DNA from: Octopus bimaculoides
Taxonomy: Eukaryota
DNA length: 34,562 nt
Direction: 5' to 3'
Assembly (NCBI RefSeq): GCF_001194135.2
Contig: NC_068984.1
Coordinates: 96,943,047-96,977,608, forward strand
A program made the translations under genes and the position numbers. Positions 23,115-34,562 of the stretch are shown here, in pieces (the stretch's first letter is position 1; each line of letters opens with the position of its first letter). The notes beneath the pieces were generated by a model that was given only the letters and a program-made list of their open reading frames with translations, did no database searches and had not been told where the DNA came from.

Positions 23115-23292
23115 TGTTTCAGTCATTTAACTGCGACCATGGTGGAGCAAATCGATCACAGGACTTATTCTTTGTAAGCCTTTGGTCGGCCCGTGGTTAT
23201 AGTAGAAGACCCTTGCCCAAGGTGCTACGCAGTGGGGCTGAACCGGGAACCATGTGGTTGGTAAGCAAGCTACTTACCACACAGCCACTCCA
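23115..23292 (-). mobile_element. Internally deleted CORE-like SINE
   Basis: Tail joins directly to core at ctttgtaagcct|ttggtcggccc; head intact to cacagccactcc. Confidence 0.8.
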
Positions 23293-23430
23293 TATATAAT
23301 ATATATTGTGTGTGCGTGTGTGTGTATACATATGTGCTTCAGTTCAAGCCATGATGGTAACTAAAAAGCAAAAAGAAGAAAAGGTATATATGATACGTGT
23401 GTGTGTGTGTGTGTGTGTGTGTATAAGCGT

Positions 23431-23790
23431 GTAGGGTCGAACCTACATACTCTTCACATTCCACACAGTTTCACCTGCACCTCCTCCAACCTAATTTACT
23501 GCATCAGATGCAACCTATGCAACAAACTATACGTGGGGCAGACGGGCCGCAGGCTGGCCGACCGTTTCACCGAACACCTAAGGGACGTTCGGCTAGGTTC
23601 GGACTCCCCCGTCGCCCGTCACTTCCACTTGGCCAACCACTCCCCCTCTAACATCTCCGTTTTTGGCCTCGCCCTGCACCATGGATCCACTCCCTTGTGA
23701 CTCCACTTGGAACAGCGCTATATTTTTAACCTTAGATCATCTTTCCCCTTCGGACTCAACACAGCCCCCTCCTCCTTATGACTCTCCCCT
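23431..23790 (+). pseudogene. Penelope-like element GIY-YIG endonuclease C-terminus, 5'-truncated, one internal stop
   Basis: FTCTSSNLIYCIRCNLCNKLYVGQTGRRLADRFTEH...VARHF (LIY / YVGQT GIY-YIG motif). Continues in frame past TGA 23698-23700 as LHLEQRYIFNLRSSFPFGLN, the PLE C-terminal EQxxI..L....PxGLN motif. Confidence 0.85.
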
Positions 23791-23809
23791 TTACGACAAT
23801 GCAACACTT

Positions 23810-25480
23810 TTCTTTATTTATTATAATTTTTTTTATTATTATTTTATTATTATTATTATTATTATTAAATTTTTTTTTTACCCCACCCCCCTCATCCACT
23901 TTACATTATATCCATTATTCACTTTTTTATTACAATCACTACAATTTTCCACAATTTATTTCATCTCTTCCTACACGCACACATACCCACACACAAAAAA
24001 TACACGCACCCATACACACACATGTATGCACACCTACCCCAACACACCACACACACACAACACACATGCATGCACTTACACGCTCAGATTTGCCCACACA
24101 CTTATACAAATGCACATACACACGCACACTTGCNNNNNNNNNNNNNNNNNNNNNNNNNNNNNNNNNNNNNNNNNNNNNNNNNNNNNNNNNNNNNNNNNNN
24201 NNNNNNNNNNNNNNNNNNNNNNNNNNNNNNNNNNNNNNNNNNNNNNNNNNNNNNNNNNNNNNNNNNNNNNNNNNNNNNNNNNNNNNNNNNNNNNNNNNNN
24301 NNNNNNNNNNNNNNNNNNNNNNNNNNNNNNNNNNNNNNNNNNNNNNNNNNNNNNNNNNNNNNNNNNNNNNNNNNNNNNNNNNNNNNNNNNNNNNNNNNNN
24401 NNNNNNNNNNNNNNNNNNNNNNNNNNNNNNNNNNNNNNNNNNNNNNNNNNNNNNNNNNNNNNNNNNNNNCACATATATACACACACACGCACAGTGGTAG
24501 AGACATACACCTTACACAGCCCTACACACACAGACACACACACACACACCCATATATACGCGCACGCCTACATACACGTACATACACAGCCGCATACATA
24601 TGCACACACATACACACACGCACACACACCTCACATACACAAACACATACACACACATGCACACACACACACAGAGGAACGCACATATACACAACATACA
24701 CACACACACACACACGCACATCCACACATACACACACACGCACACGTACCTAACACTCACAATCCCACACACACACGCACATCCACACACATACACACAC
24801 ACGCACACACCCACATACACATACACANNNNNNNNNNNNNNNNNNNNNNNNNNNNNNNNNNNNNNNNNNNNNNNNNNNNNNNNNNNNNNNNNNNNNNNNN
24901 NNNNNNNNNNNNNNNNNNNNNNNNNNNNNNNNNNNNNNNNNNNNNNNNNNNNNNNNNNNNNNNNNNNNNNNNNNNNNNNNNNNNNNNNNNNNNNNNNNNN
25001 NNNNNNNNNNNNNNNNNNNNNNNNNNNNNNNNNNNNNNNNNNNNNNNNNNNNNNNNNAAACTGCCTGCTGACCTCTTCCACTGACCATTGTCCATAAGCA
25101 CCCACTAACTATTCCTGCTACTAATTCCTTCCACTACGTCTCACACACACACACAAACACACACATACACACTAACAGATACACCACCAAACCACGCACA
25201 CACACACACACAACACATACATACGCACACACACGTTCTGTTATTACACACACACTTGCAGACTCGCGCACTCACAGATATTCACCTCCCTTTTTCACTC
25301 TCCCGTCTTAGAAAGAACTTTTCCTCCACCACCTCCTCTTCCGGTCCTTCCACAATGTAACCTCGTGGGCATCGGTGCCGAATTTCTCTTCCTCCGTTTT
25401 TCCATTCTTTGAACTTTCTGTCACGAATGTACTCTTGAATTTCCGTAACAGAACGTGAAGTTTCAATGCGTTAAACTACA
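23810..25480 (+). repeat. (TAT)n and long imperfect (CA)n tract with probable 3' end of the same PLE; contains N-gaps 24134-24469 and 24828-25057
   Basis: CA-rich tract, then ctttctgtcacga...gaacgtgaag...gcgttaaacta (25415-25479), which resembles the hammerhead and terminal motif of the 1750-2110 element. Not a canonical hammerhead. Confidence 0.5.
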
Positions 25481-25817
25481 TATTATTGTCGTATATAATG
25501 TCAGTCTGATTGGGATACATTGATAACACTTTGTCTTGTTCTTTAGCACCACCTTAATGTTGTCTGTATAACAACATAGTGGCTTCTCGTATATTAATTA
25601 TCAATGTCTGGACAACATTAGCAGGAACAAAAACTACTCAATGCGGTGCTTTTAGTACTCCAAATATTATCACTAGCTTTTATGATAGTGCCCCATTCGT
25701 CATTTGATTTCTATATTTCTGGAAGAATAAGATTCCGAGGTTAAACCTATCAATGGTTTCTCGAAATCAGGGAATATACAGTAGACTTGTGGGTTTTTTT
25801 TTTCTTTTATGTTACAG

Positions 25818-25850
25818 CCACAAATTAGCGACTCGATAAATTCAGATCCG
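25818..25850 (+). CDS. Candidate 33-nt symmetric (phase 0-0) exon
   Basis: Very strong acceptor (T)11cttttatgttacag| and donor CCG|GTAATA. Open only in phase 0 (PQISDSINSDP), which matches the phase of the 6872 donor. Confidence 0.4.
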
Positions 25851-26941
25851 GTAATATAAGTTCTGGATCGATATACGTTTGATTAAAACTCTTGATAGCG
25901 GTGCTTCAGCATAGCCGTGACGGACACACGTATATATATATTCATATTCATGTACGTACGGATGATTATATTTCATAGACACCTGAATTATGAGCCTTAT
26001 ATGTCTCACACATAAATAAATGGATGCAATATCGTCGATAAACACAAGTTACATTGAACGTATGAGTTTATAGCTTGAGCATTACTCACGTACATAGACT
26101 GCACTGTTTGTGACTAGTATACACAGCACACAGAAATAGGTAAAAGAGCATGTTCCTGCCATCAGTACTCATACACTCATCCTTTTAAATACATGTACAC
26201 ATAGAAATACAGATGCAATACATATATTTCTTATAAACGCACAAAACCGTCCAAAGCAAAGAAGAGAAAAAAATCGCTGAAGGACAAAGGTTTATTGACA
26301 AAACTTGAGTCTTGCCTAGCAAGTTTCCTGTTTTTCACGAATTTTTTTGTGTGTATTGACATACATGTGTATGTGTATTTGCGTATGACTGGTTTTGCAT
26401 GAGAATACGTTAAGTGCTTAAATATGTATGTAATAACGTATGTGAAATACATACATACATAGATATTCATTTTTGTTTAAGAATAATAAACTTACACTCT
26501 ACAAAAGTATAGAGTTAACCCATTAGATTAATGTAAAATTGTTTTTATTATAACTGAACATAAACGGAAATTGGTGGCGATCTACTTCAACAAGACTTGG
26601 GAAAAGCGACAGAAAAAGTACAATGAAATTACCAATGGAGTGGAGTATCCAACGTTTCGGACAGGGTCCAGAGTTTTACATTCTCTGTTTTAGAACAACT
26701 GGCAGGAAACGCAACGCAACACAACATAAGCTTGCATACATAGACATGAAGGAGCAGAAGGGAGAAACTAATCAAGAGAGAGAGAGACGGAAACAACTGA
26801 AAGGAGAGGGAGAAGCGGTCAGTGTGAGGTGGGGAAGGGGAATTAAAGTGAGACGGGAGCTGAAGGATAAAAATGGGATTATTGAACAAAGAACGGGTGT
26901 ACGGAAAACTTTTCATCGAAACTCGACATCTTCCAGATATT

Positions 26942-27100
26942 CTGCAAACGCAAGACATCATTATTAGACCATCCGACAAGGTTTACGCCGTCGTGGTCCG
27001 GCGAGCCTATCTGTATTAACAAAAAAGCACTGTGCCAGTTCAAAAATCCTCTCTCCTGCAACAAGTTACCAAATGATTTCATCATTCACTATGATGCTTT
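26942..27100 (+). pseudogene. Penelope-like reverse transcriptase N-terminal relic
   Basis: LQTQDIIIRPSDKVYAVVV (compare PLE DIIIKPADKGxAVVV), then after a frameshift KKALCQFKNPLSCNKLPNDF (compare EAxRQLxDxxxYxxLxxDP). Confidence 0.55.
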
Positions 27101-28444
27101 ATGTAGTCGAAAAGCATAGACACCTCCCTCAGCACTCCCATCCTTAACACAATGAAACATTCAGGGTAAGGTAGTTGGGAAGAAAAGGGTGGGTACACCT
27201 GCTTCAGGCTGTTTCTCATATGTGAGCAAACTAAAGCAGTGTGGGATAAAGTGCCTTGTTCATTGGCATAATGCACCACCCACTTCAGATATCGAACCCA
27301 TGACTTTTTTTGCTTGTGTACCCTACAGATATTCTCATATCTGGAGCTCGGTTTGTTGAACAGAGTCGATAGATATATTTATTGTGGCAAAAAGTTGGCA
27401 GTCTACACTTATTTTTGCCTCCGGCTGTTATATATGCATACACACGCACTAAAGGGACTTTTGAATTGAATCACGATATGTGTGAATTTTTTTATTCAAT
27501 AATTAATCGTGTTTCTTTCCCATTTCGATATTCGGAAGAAACAATTAGTCTTATGAGTACCGTTGAATAAACGAATATACTTGCCTTAAATTGCGGTTCT
27601 GCCAATTTATTTTTCAACAGAAATCTACACAATGTGTGTGTACACATTTCAATACCTCTGTTGTTTACAGCATATTTAGATGCTTAACTGCATTTTTAAT
27701 TATTCCTTATATCAGATATCGTTGCCCTATAGTGACATTAACGCATACATTTGTAAGATATATTGCTTTGTATATCCAACAGATTTAATTCACACACACA
27801 TTTCGAACATTTATTGAAAATGTGTAAGCCATAAATATAAAGACAGATTTTAGTGTTGTAATGATATGACCTTTTCAATTTTGCAAGTTTGAAATGTAAT
27901 AATTATACACTCGTATCTTAAAATGTGAAGAAGTGAGTATATACTTTATTAATCCCTAGACATTGTTAACGGATCTTATGACACAGACCAACACTGTTTT
28001 GTTTTTAACTATTTCACTCATTGGAGTGCGGTTATGTTGTGGCACCTAATAAGGTTCATTGTGCAAATTGTGCGAGTTGGCGGGATTGTTAAGTGTCTTA
28101 CACATCCCTCGAGGTGTTTCTCTCGACTCTTAAATACTAAAATACTAGTATTTTGTCGATGGTATCGACTAAACCACCTCTTCTCAAAATTGTTAGCCTT
28201 GTGCCTAAATCAGAAACCATTTATTATTATTATTACTATTATTATTTTGTAATTATTCACTGACACTGGTAAGTTAAAGGAACGTTTTAGCCCTTGTACC
28301 CTCCAGCCTTCGCTGCCTGTCGTATTTCGCAACGTGCTTGGAATTTTAAAATGAGCTCTTTATTAAATCTCCAGGGCTACACTGTTTTCATTCCGTGATA
28401 TTTGTTACTTGATATTGGCAACGAAATTAAGCCAATCTGAAGAC

Positions 28445-28820
28445 ACTTTTCACTTGTTATTGGATTGCAGCCATATTGTGATACAGCCCTGAAGAGTTTT
28501 AGTCGAACAAATCGACCCTAGTACCTTTTTGTTTTGTTGTTCTTAAGTTTGGTACTTATTCTATCGGTTCTTGTACTGAACCACTAAGTTTCGGAAATGT
28601 AAACAAGTTATTACGTTTGTTTACGAAGTTTGGGAGTGACAAAGACACACACACACAAAGTTACCACACAGAATCTATCTATCAAATTCACTAGCAAGGC
28701 ATTGCCTAGCCTGAGGCTATAGCAGGAGACACTTCCCCAAACTGCCGGGCAGTGGGACTCAACTCGGACTACTACTTGGTTGCAAAGCAGGCTTCTTAAC
28801 CACACAGTCATGCCTGCGTC
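28445..28820 (-). mobile_element. CORE-like SINE, diverged, near full length
   Basis: gtcgaacaaatcgaccctagtac...ggtacttattctatcgg...aaattcactagcaaggc...gcagtgggactcaactc...cttaaccacacagtcatgcctgcg. Confidence 0.75.
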
Positions 28821-29284
28821 TAAAAGTGTAGCTATGCGTCCAAAACCAAGAAAGCATCACTTCCAGGAATATTAAGGTTATCATGCCTGGAAATGAAGTC
28901 TGCTATGCATTGTTTATTATAAAACCTAGGACATATATCAGAATGTCAAGAATGAGAAAAGGCTTAGCAAAAGTTCACATGTCAAGACGACTGAACTACT
29001 ATTACTACTACTTATATTTAGCACTGAAATGTGTTGCGACGATCTACCTACCTACCTGTACAGTAAGTACAGTATAACGTCACAACACAACATACATTAA
29101 TAACACACCTGTCAGTATTTTTATGGTTATAATGTAAGTAGGTAGGTGTGTTTTAGATGGATTGTGTGTGTGAGAGAGAGAGAGAAAGAATGTGATTGAG
29201 GGAGGGAGACAGCGTGTATAATCTGATTTCTTTTTACTTTTTCTCCAATAATACATAATGCATTTTTAAATATATATTTCTTTT

Positions 29285-29400
29285 GTTCCGTGGCCATGCT
29301 GGGGCACCACGTTTAAAAGTTTTACTCAATTAAATCGACCTAATACTTAGTCTCATACTCATTTTATCGATCTTTATTGATCTCTTTAAATCGAATGTCT
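29285..29400 (-). mobile_element. SINE tail fragment
   Basis: gtggccatgctggggcaccac...aaatcgacctaatactt. Confidence 0.6.
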
Positions 29401-29529
29401 CGGTTTACCGATTACATCCGTTGTATATATGTGTGAGTATGTGTGTGTGTGTGTATAACACCTGTATTTTGTATGCATGTTTATGTGTGTGTGTGTGTGT
29501 GTGTAATATATCTCTCTGTACCTGTATGT

Positions 29530-29695
29530 AGATTTAGCGCAAGTAGTTCGCTTCGCAACTAAGCTCCAGGTTCAATCCTACTGCGTTGCATCTTGGACAT
29601 ATATGTCACATTAGATCGCTTCGAGTTTACCCATTTCTTGTGAGTGAATTTGCGTAAATTAAAACTGTATAAAAAAGCCCATCTGATTGAGTTTA
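29530..29695 (+). mobile_element. Degenerate CORE-like SINE head and core
   Basis: ccaggttcaatcctactgcgttgcatcttggac...cttgtgagtgaatttg...aaactgtataaaaaagccc. Confidence 0.55.
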
Positions 29696-30125
29696 TCTGT
29701 AATAGAACCATATTTGTGTTAGTGTGTGTGTACATACATTGTACATGTATACACATATATATTGAGTACGTGTATACATGTGTTTATGTATACTTACACG
29801 CACAAGCATACGTGTGTATGTGTGAATGTATACACGTATATGTGACAGTGCTGTATGTTTGGTCGATAAAGGCATAGATGTAATATACATGTGTGTGTGT
29901 GTGTATAAAGAATTTATTTGTAATGCGTTATCAGTATGTGGTTTGTATTCTATATGTATTGCTTATTAAATCCAAATGTTACGGATCAAGATTCGCTCTG
30001 CGCGCGCTCACACACATACACAGAGGAAGCACTTAAGTTTTGAGATAACGTTGTTATTGTATACACGTTGTTAGCGAATGTACTGATATGTAAATATAAT
30101 CCATACTTGCATTTTCTATAATTAG

Positions 30126-30176
30126 GTCGGCCACTTGACCTCTGGGTACCTTTTAGAAGGTACAATCTATTGCAAA
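30126..30176 (+). CDS. Candidate 51-nt exon, possibly extending to a stop at 30322
   Basis: Acceptor ttgcattttctataattag| and donor AAA|GTATGT. Phase 0 gives VGHLTSGYLLEGTIYCK. Phase 1 gives xRPLDLWVPFRRYNLLQ and stays open for 64 codons to TAG TAG TGA TAG. Confidence 0.3.
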
Positions 30177-32884
30177 GTATGTGGGCTGGTTCTGCGGTAG
30201 GATCTCCAGTGTATCTAGAAAATGATCATTCCTCACCTGACCAAGCCATTAAGAAACTAAGTGAGGCAACCTCGATGAAAGGGTTGGGAGAGAACGAAGA
30301 ATACGAATACCTATACAAGTAGTAGTGATAGCAGTGGTATGGAAAATCGGCTGCTGTTTCCAACAGATCAGCTACCACGGAGACGATCCCATGCTGGCTT
30401 GCGCATGTGCTCGTTTTCGTTATAGTTTCTATTGCTGAGCTCAAGGTTAGCTTCGTTCATGTAGGTATCTGTTACCTGTACTTCGTTGGTGTTGTGGATT
30501 GGCTAATAATAATAATAATTGTGTACATGGAAAGATACGAAAGAAATATACGGCGCTAAAAAGGAATAGATTAATAAATATTGTGCGGAATTGGCTGTTG
30601 TTTCCAGCAACTTGATCTAGCGCGTAGGGGGTTTCTCGTTGGCTTGTATTGTTTTGTTCTTTCCGTCTCTATTTCTCTGTTCGTCTTTTCTTTTCACTCA
30701 GTCTTTTCGTTTTTCCTTTCTATTAAATCAATGAGTAAATAACAATGTAACTACTTTTTCGGCTACCCTTCCTTCACTGAAATGAAAGGAGACCGGATGC
30801 ACAAGACCTAACAGAAACAAAGGATTTCATTAACTATAACATCTAAAAGTTATATATTCATCTATAAGCAAATTTGCTTTTCTTTAGGTGTGATTAAAAC
30901 CATGCCAAAACAGAGAGCGTGGAGCTTTGCTCTCAGTCCTCTGGTTTAGCAGCTCCTGTCATACAATCAACGTTAAACGATTATGATATAATGATGGTGA
31001 GACATGTGTGATAATACATTTTTGTGGGTGTGGGGGGGAATGATGTCACTGGATCGTAGGCATGTATTTCAGTATCGTTTCGCCTCGTCAGCTACGAAAA
31101 TAAAATCTGTCGTTAACAGCCCGGGTAAGAGCAAAATTATTCTTATTAAAATAGCATACAGAATGTTTACTGATATGCGTAACGCTTGGTTAATCTAGAG
31201 TTAAATATATACATACAGATATTTTCTATAAACCATGCAGAATTGCCAACACTTGTATATTTATCATAAACGAGAGAATCGAATGGAGTTTATGGGAGTA
31301 CAAAAACAAAAATATCTTCAGTTTGTCGGATCAGTTAAGTCTTATAATGAAGTAGCACTAGTAACACTGAATGAAGTGTAATAACTGTGGAGGAGTTGGT
31401 GGTGGGTGTGGAGTGTAATAATAAAAGTTTGATTAGGGATTGGTTTAGGAATAGCACGAAGATGGTGGCTCTTAATTTCTTTCATTACCTTACGATCGCA
31501 GGCGTTCTACAGGTCCATGAGGGTAACGAGGCACACTCATGCACATACATAAATGTATGTATGTGGGTTTGCGTACTGTAAATAGATTCCTGTTGATTTT
31601 GACGGTAAGGATTTTACAGACATGTCTACTCTTAATGTAATTCTCAGATGGGATAACAGATATGCGCGCGCGCGCGTCATAAATGTTTTGTTTGCTTTTC
31701 ATTTATGTCTAAGTCTTATTACTGGCTGGAGTCAAGATAGGACAATTGTATGTTGATGTCTGTTGAAGTAGAGATACGTGTTCGCAGCTGTCCCTTACCT
31801 CCAGAAAAGATAGACAAATAAATAAATTCTTGAGAATTCTTGATTCGTAGAGATTATCTTTTCTCATTCGAAGTCAGTAACAATCGTCGCTACGCGTTTG
31901 TTTACTTTCTCTCTAAGCAGTTCACTAGACCACGAATTCATCATGTACAGTATTTAGCGTAACTTTCTTTGTCATTACTGTTCAAATTCATACTATTGAT
32001 AATCTCGAGATTCTCTTTACTCACTTTTATACGCGCGCGCGCGCGCAATACTGATCTACAGTCACCTGCAGGAATGTTTGTATTCGTAAGCCGCTGAAAG
32101 ACATCCGAAAACACCATCTCTAAACCACCTTTTTACTACTCCATTACCGTCCCGGCTACCTTCGCTACCGTCACCACCACGTTGACTGCCTTTCATTGAA
32201 CATTAACTACTACAACTATCATCGTAAAAACTTGAACTGATCCCACGAAGTGAAGTATGTTTGTTTTTGTATTCCCATAAACTCCGCCTACCCTTCTTCC
32301 TCATCATATACGTTTGTTGTTCTTTCAATACAGCATGTTAAAGGGAAAGGCTGTCCTTTAATTCATATATATGTGTGTGTGTGTGTGTGTGTGTACACAT
32401 ATATCATATATATATGTATGTATGTATGTGTTGTACACATACATCACACATATATGTGTGTGTATACATATACACACGCACACAACCTCTCGTATCCAGT
32501 AATTTTCTTTTCTTTTTGTAAGATGAAAAACACTGCTTCCATACCTATGAATGTTTCTGTCCTGTGACAGCCATAATTGTTTAGTTAGATTACTTTGGCT
32601 GAAGCTAGTTTAAATATAGGCTTTTATACTTGTCCTCGAGTATGGCATGTTATAACTGTTTGGCTCAGCTCTATGACAAACTAACGACCTCCTCTATTCC
32701 TTCTCCTTATGTGTGGATCTATTTGTGCTATGTTCGCATGACAGATCCAATTCGCTTTCCATCAATTTCTTCATTGCGGTCTTTATAAAATGTGACACTG
32801 ACAAGTTAAAGGAGTATCATTGTATTTGTTATTTTAACAATAATACGTTGTTGAAAACTATTTCTTTGAAGTTGAGTATCACAT

Positions 32885-33425
32885 TCTTGGAGCTGGCGGA
32901 ATCATTAGCTCGCCGAGCGAAATGTTTAGTGGTATTTCGTCCGTCTACACGTTCTGAATCCAAATTCCGTCGACGTCGACTCTCATCCTTTCGGAGTCGA
33001 TAGATTAAGTACCAGTGAAACAATGGGGTCGATGTATTCGACTAGTCTCCTCCCCGCAAATTTCAGGCCTTGTGCCTATAGTAGAAAAGATTATTATTAT
33101 CAAGGCAGCGAGCTGGCAGAATTGTTACCACGCTGGACACAATGCTTAGCGGTATTTCGTCCGTCTTAACGTTCTGGGTTCAAATCCCACCGAGGTCGAC
33201 TTTTCCTTTCATCATTTCGGGGTCGATAAATTAAGTACCAGTGAAAACACTGGTGTCGGTATAATCGATTTATCCCCCGCCCCAAAATGGCTGCCCTTGT
33301 GGCTTAAGGTGGTGAGCTGGCAGAATCGTTAGCACCCCCGGGCAAAATGCTTAGCGGTATTTCGCCCATCTGTATGCTCTGAGCTCAAGTTCCGCTGAAG
33401 TTGACTTAACCTTTCATCCTTCCAG
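32885..33425 (+). mobile_element. Head-to-tail array of three Nin-type SINEs
   Basis: Three gagctggc(a/g)gaat..ttagc...aaatg.ttag.ggtatttcg units at ~32885, ~33101 and ~33305, each followed by a version of cctttcatcctttcggggtcgataaattaagtacc (the third is truncated). Confidence 0.85.
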
Positions 33426-34224
33426 GTCTGACACAGTACACCAAGGATCACATTATCCAATGTTTAATTTTTTTTTTGAATGGAGATTGGATTGCTATTT
33501 CTGGTAACTGGTAGTAGTGATGGTTGAGCTGTTTCAGCCAGAACCATACTGGGGATGTGTTCTCCAATATGCCCCACCTTTTTTTAAGCAGTAGGAAGGA
33601 TGTGTGATTTGCTAGATTTGATTTATGGTGGATACAGTAAAGGTAAAAATACATGTGTAAAAAAAAGGTTGGGAATGCATTGAGAGAGAGAGAGAGTATG
33701 AAAAATTTGGAGTAGAAATACAGGGACAGTTAATAGTAAAAGTGACTGAGGGGTGGAAAAACAAATAGTGAATGCTGATGGGGGAGAAATGTAGTGAGGG
33801 AGAGAAAGAAGAGCATAATTAAAAATGTCTAACGTGGTTTTTATTTCTTACACATACACACTCACACACTCGCACATTTCTACTTAAGATGGTTAAAAAT
33901 AACACGAACTTAGTTCTACTTCAGCCGGAGCAGAGGGCTATGTGGAGAAGGAGAGCGGGGGAACCTGGTGGTGGCGCGAGGTTAACGCATCACTACAATA
34001 ATACCAACACCACCATTATCACCACCACTACCATCATTATCATCATCACCACCATCACTTCCTTCAGACGGCTCAAGTGTTCCTTCCTCACCATTTACTT
34101 TATACTGTTAGATACTTCAGTCAACAATATATGCGTTCCGTTCTATTATTATTTCCTGAAAACTTTTCCATCTTTTATCAAACATAGTTCATAAATTTTT
34201 CTTAGCTCTATTTTAAGCAGAATG

Positions 34225-34233
34225 TTCTCTCTT

Positions 34234-34311
<78 letters not shown>

Positions 34312-34330
34312 CACACACACACACACATAT
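34225..34330. repeat. (CT)n(AT)n(CA)n compound microsatellite
   Basis: Direct reading. Confidence 0.95.
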
Positions 34331-34562
34331 GCATGCCTCATATATTCTGTATAATTACTATCCACCGGGCTTGAGACTGAATGCGATAACTACAAATAGA
34401 GGCCGACACACGTAGATGCTCATAAACACGCACAATTTATGTACACACACGGGGGAGGGGCTGGCTTTGGGTAGAAGAAAATTACTTCAGGATTAGTAAA
34501 TTTTGATTTTATTCAACATATTCCCGTCGCAGATTCACACACTTATTGCAGTGAAGCCTTGT

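Noticed and set aside
23663-25105. 473-aa and overlapping His/Thr-rich or Val/Cys-rich ORFs
   Set aside because: Translations of (CA)n/(TG)n tracts and gaps; only the GIY-YIG frame at 23431-23790 is protein-like.
25415-25460. Hammerhead call at the end of the GIY-YIG element
   Set aside because: The core is too degenerate (ctgtcacga; gaacgt) to call as a ribozyme; kept only as evidence for the element's end.
985-33425. tRNA genes
   Set aside because: A-box and B-box-like motifs all belong to SINE heads; no cloverleaf or Pol III terminator was found.
33889-34194. 101-aa ORF
   Set aside because: Includes (CAC/CAT)n low-complexity sequence and no recognisable domain.

Overview
AT-rich, microsatellite-dense, non-coding-dominated eukaryotic DNA with five N-gaps. 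The SINE families look like those known from octopus genomes; that taxonomic call is inferred from recalled repeat motifs, not from a search. None of the long ORFs in the supplied track is a real gene; they come from N-gaps and dinucleotide repeats. Most of the window is repeats: tRNA-derived SINEs (a CORE-like and a Nin-like type), decayed RTE LINE pieces, a mariner relic and several Penelope-like element (PLE) derivatives. Three things stand out. (1) Two copies of a 330-400 bp fold-back element carry a minimal hammerhead ribozyme on each arm and are flanked by 12-13 bp direct repeats (2230-2629, 19671-20002), suggesting a non-autonomous PLE-derived palindromic retroelement. (2) A clean signal-peptide exon (6780-6872) is missing from the ORF track and has candidate small downstream exons, suggesting an unidentified secreted or membrane protein gene on the + strand. 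(3) A sharply bounded ~11 kb CpG-depleted domain (~9.95-21.25 kb) lies inside that gene's presumed intron.
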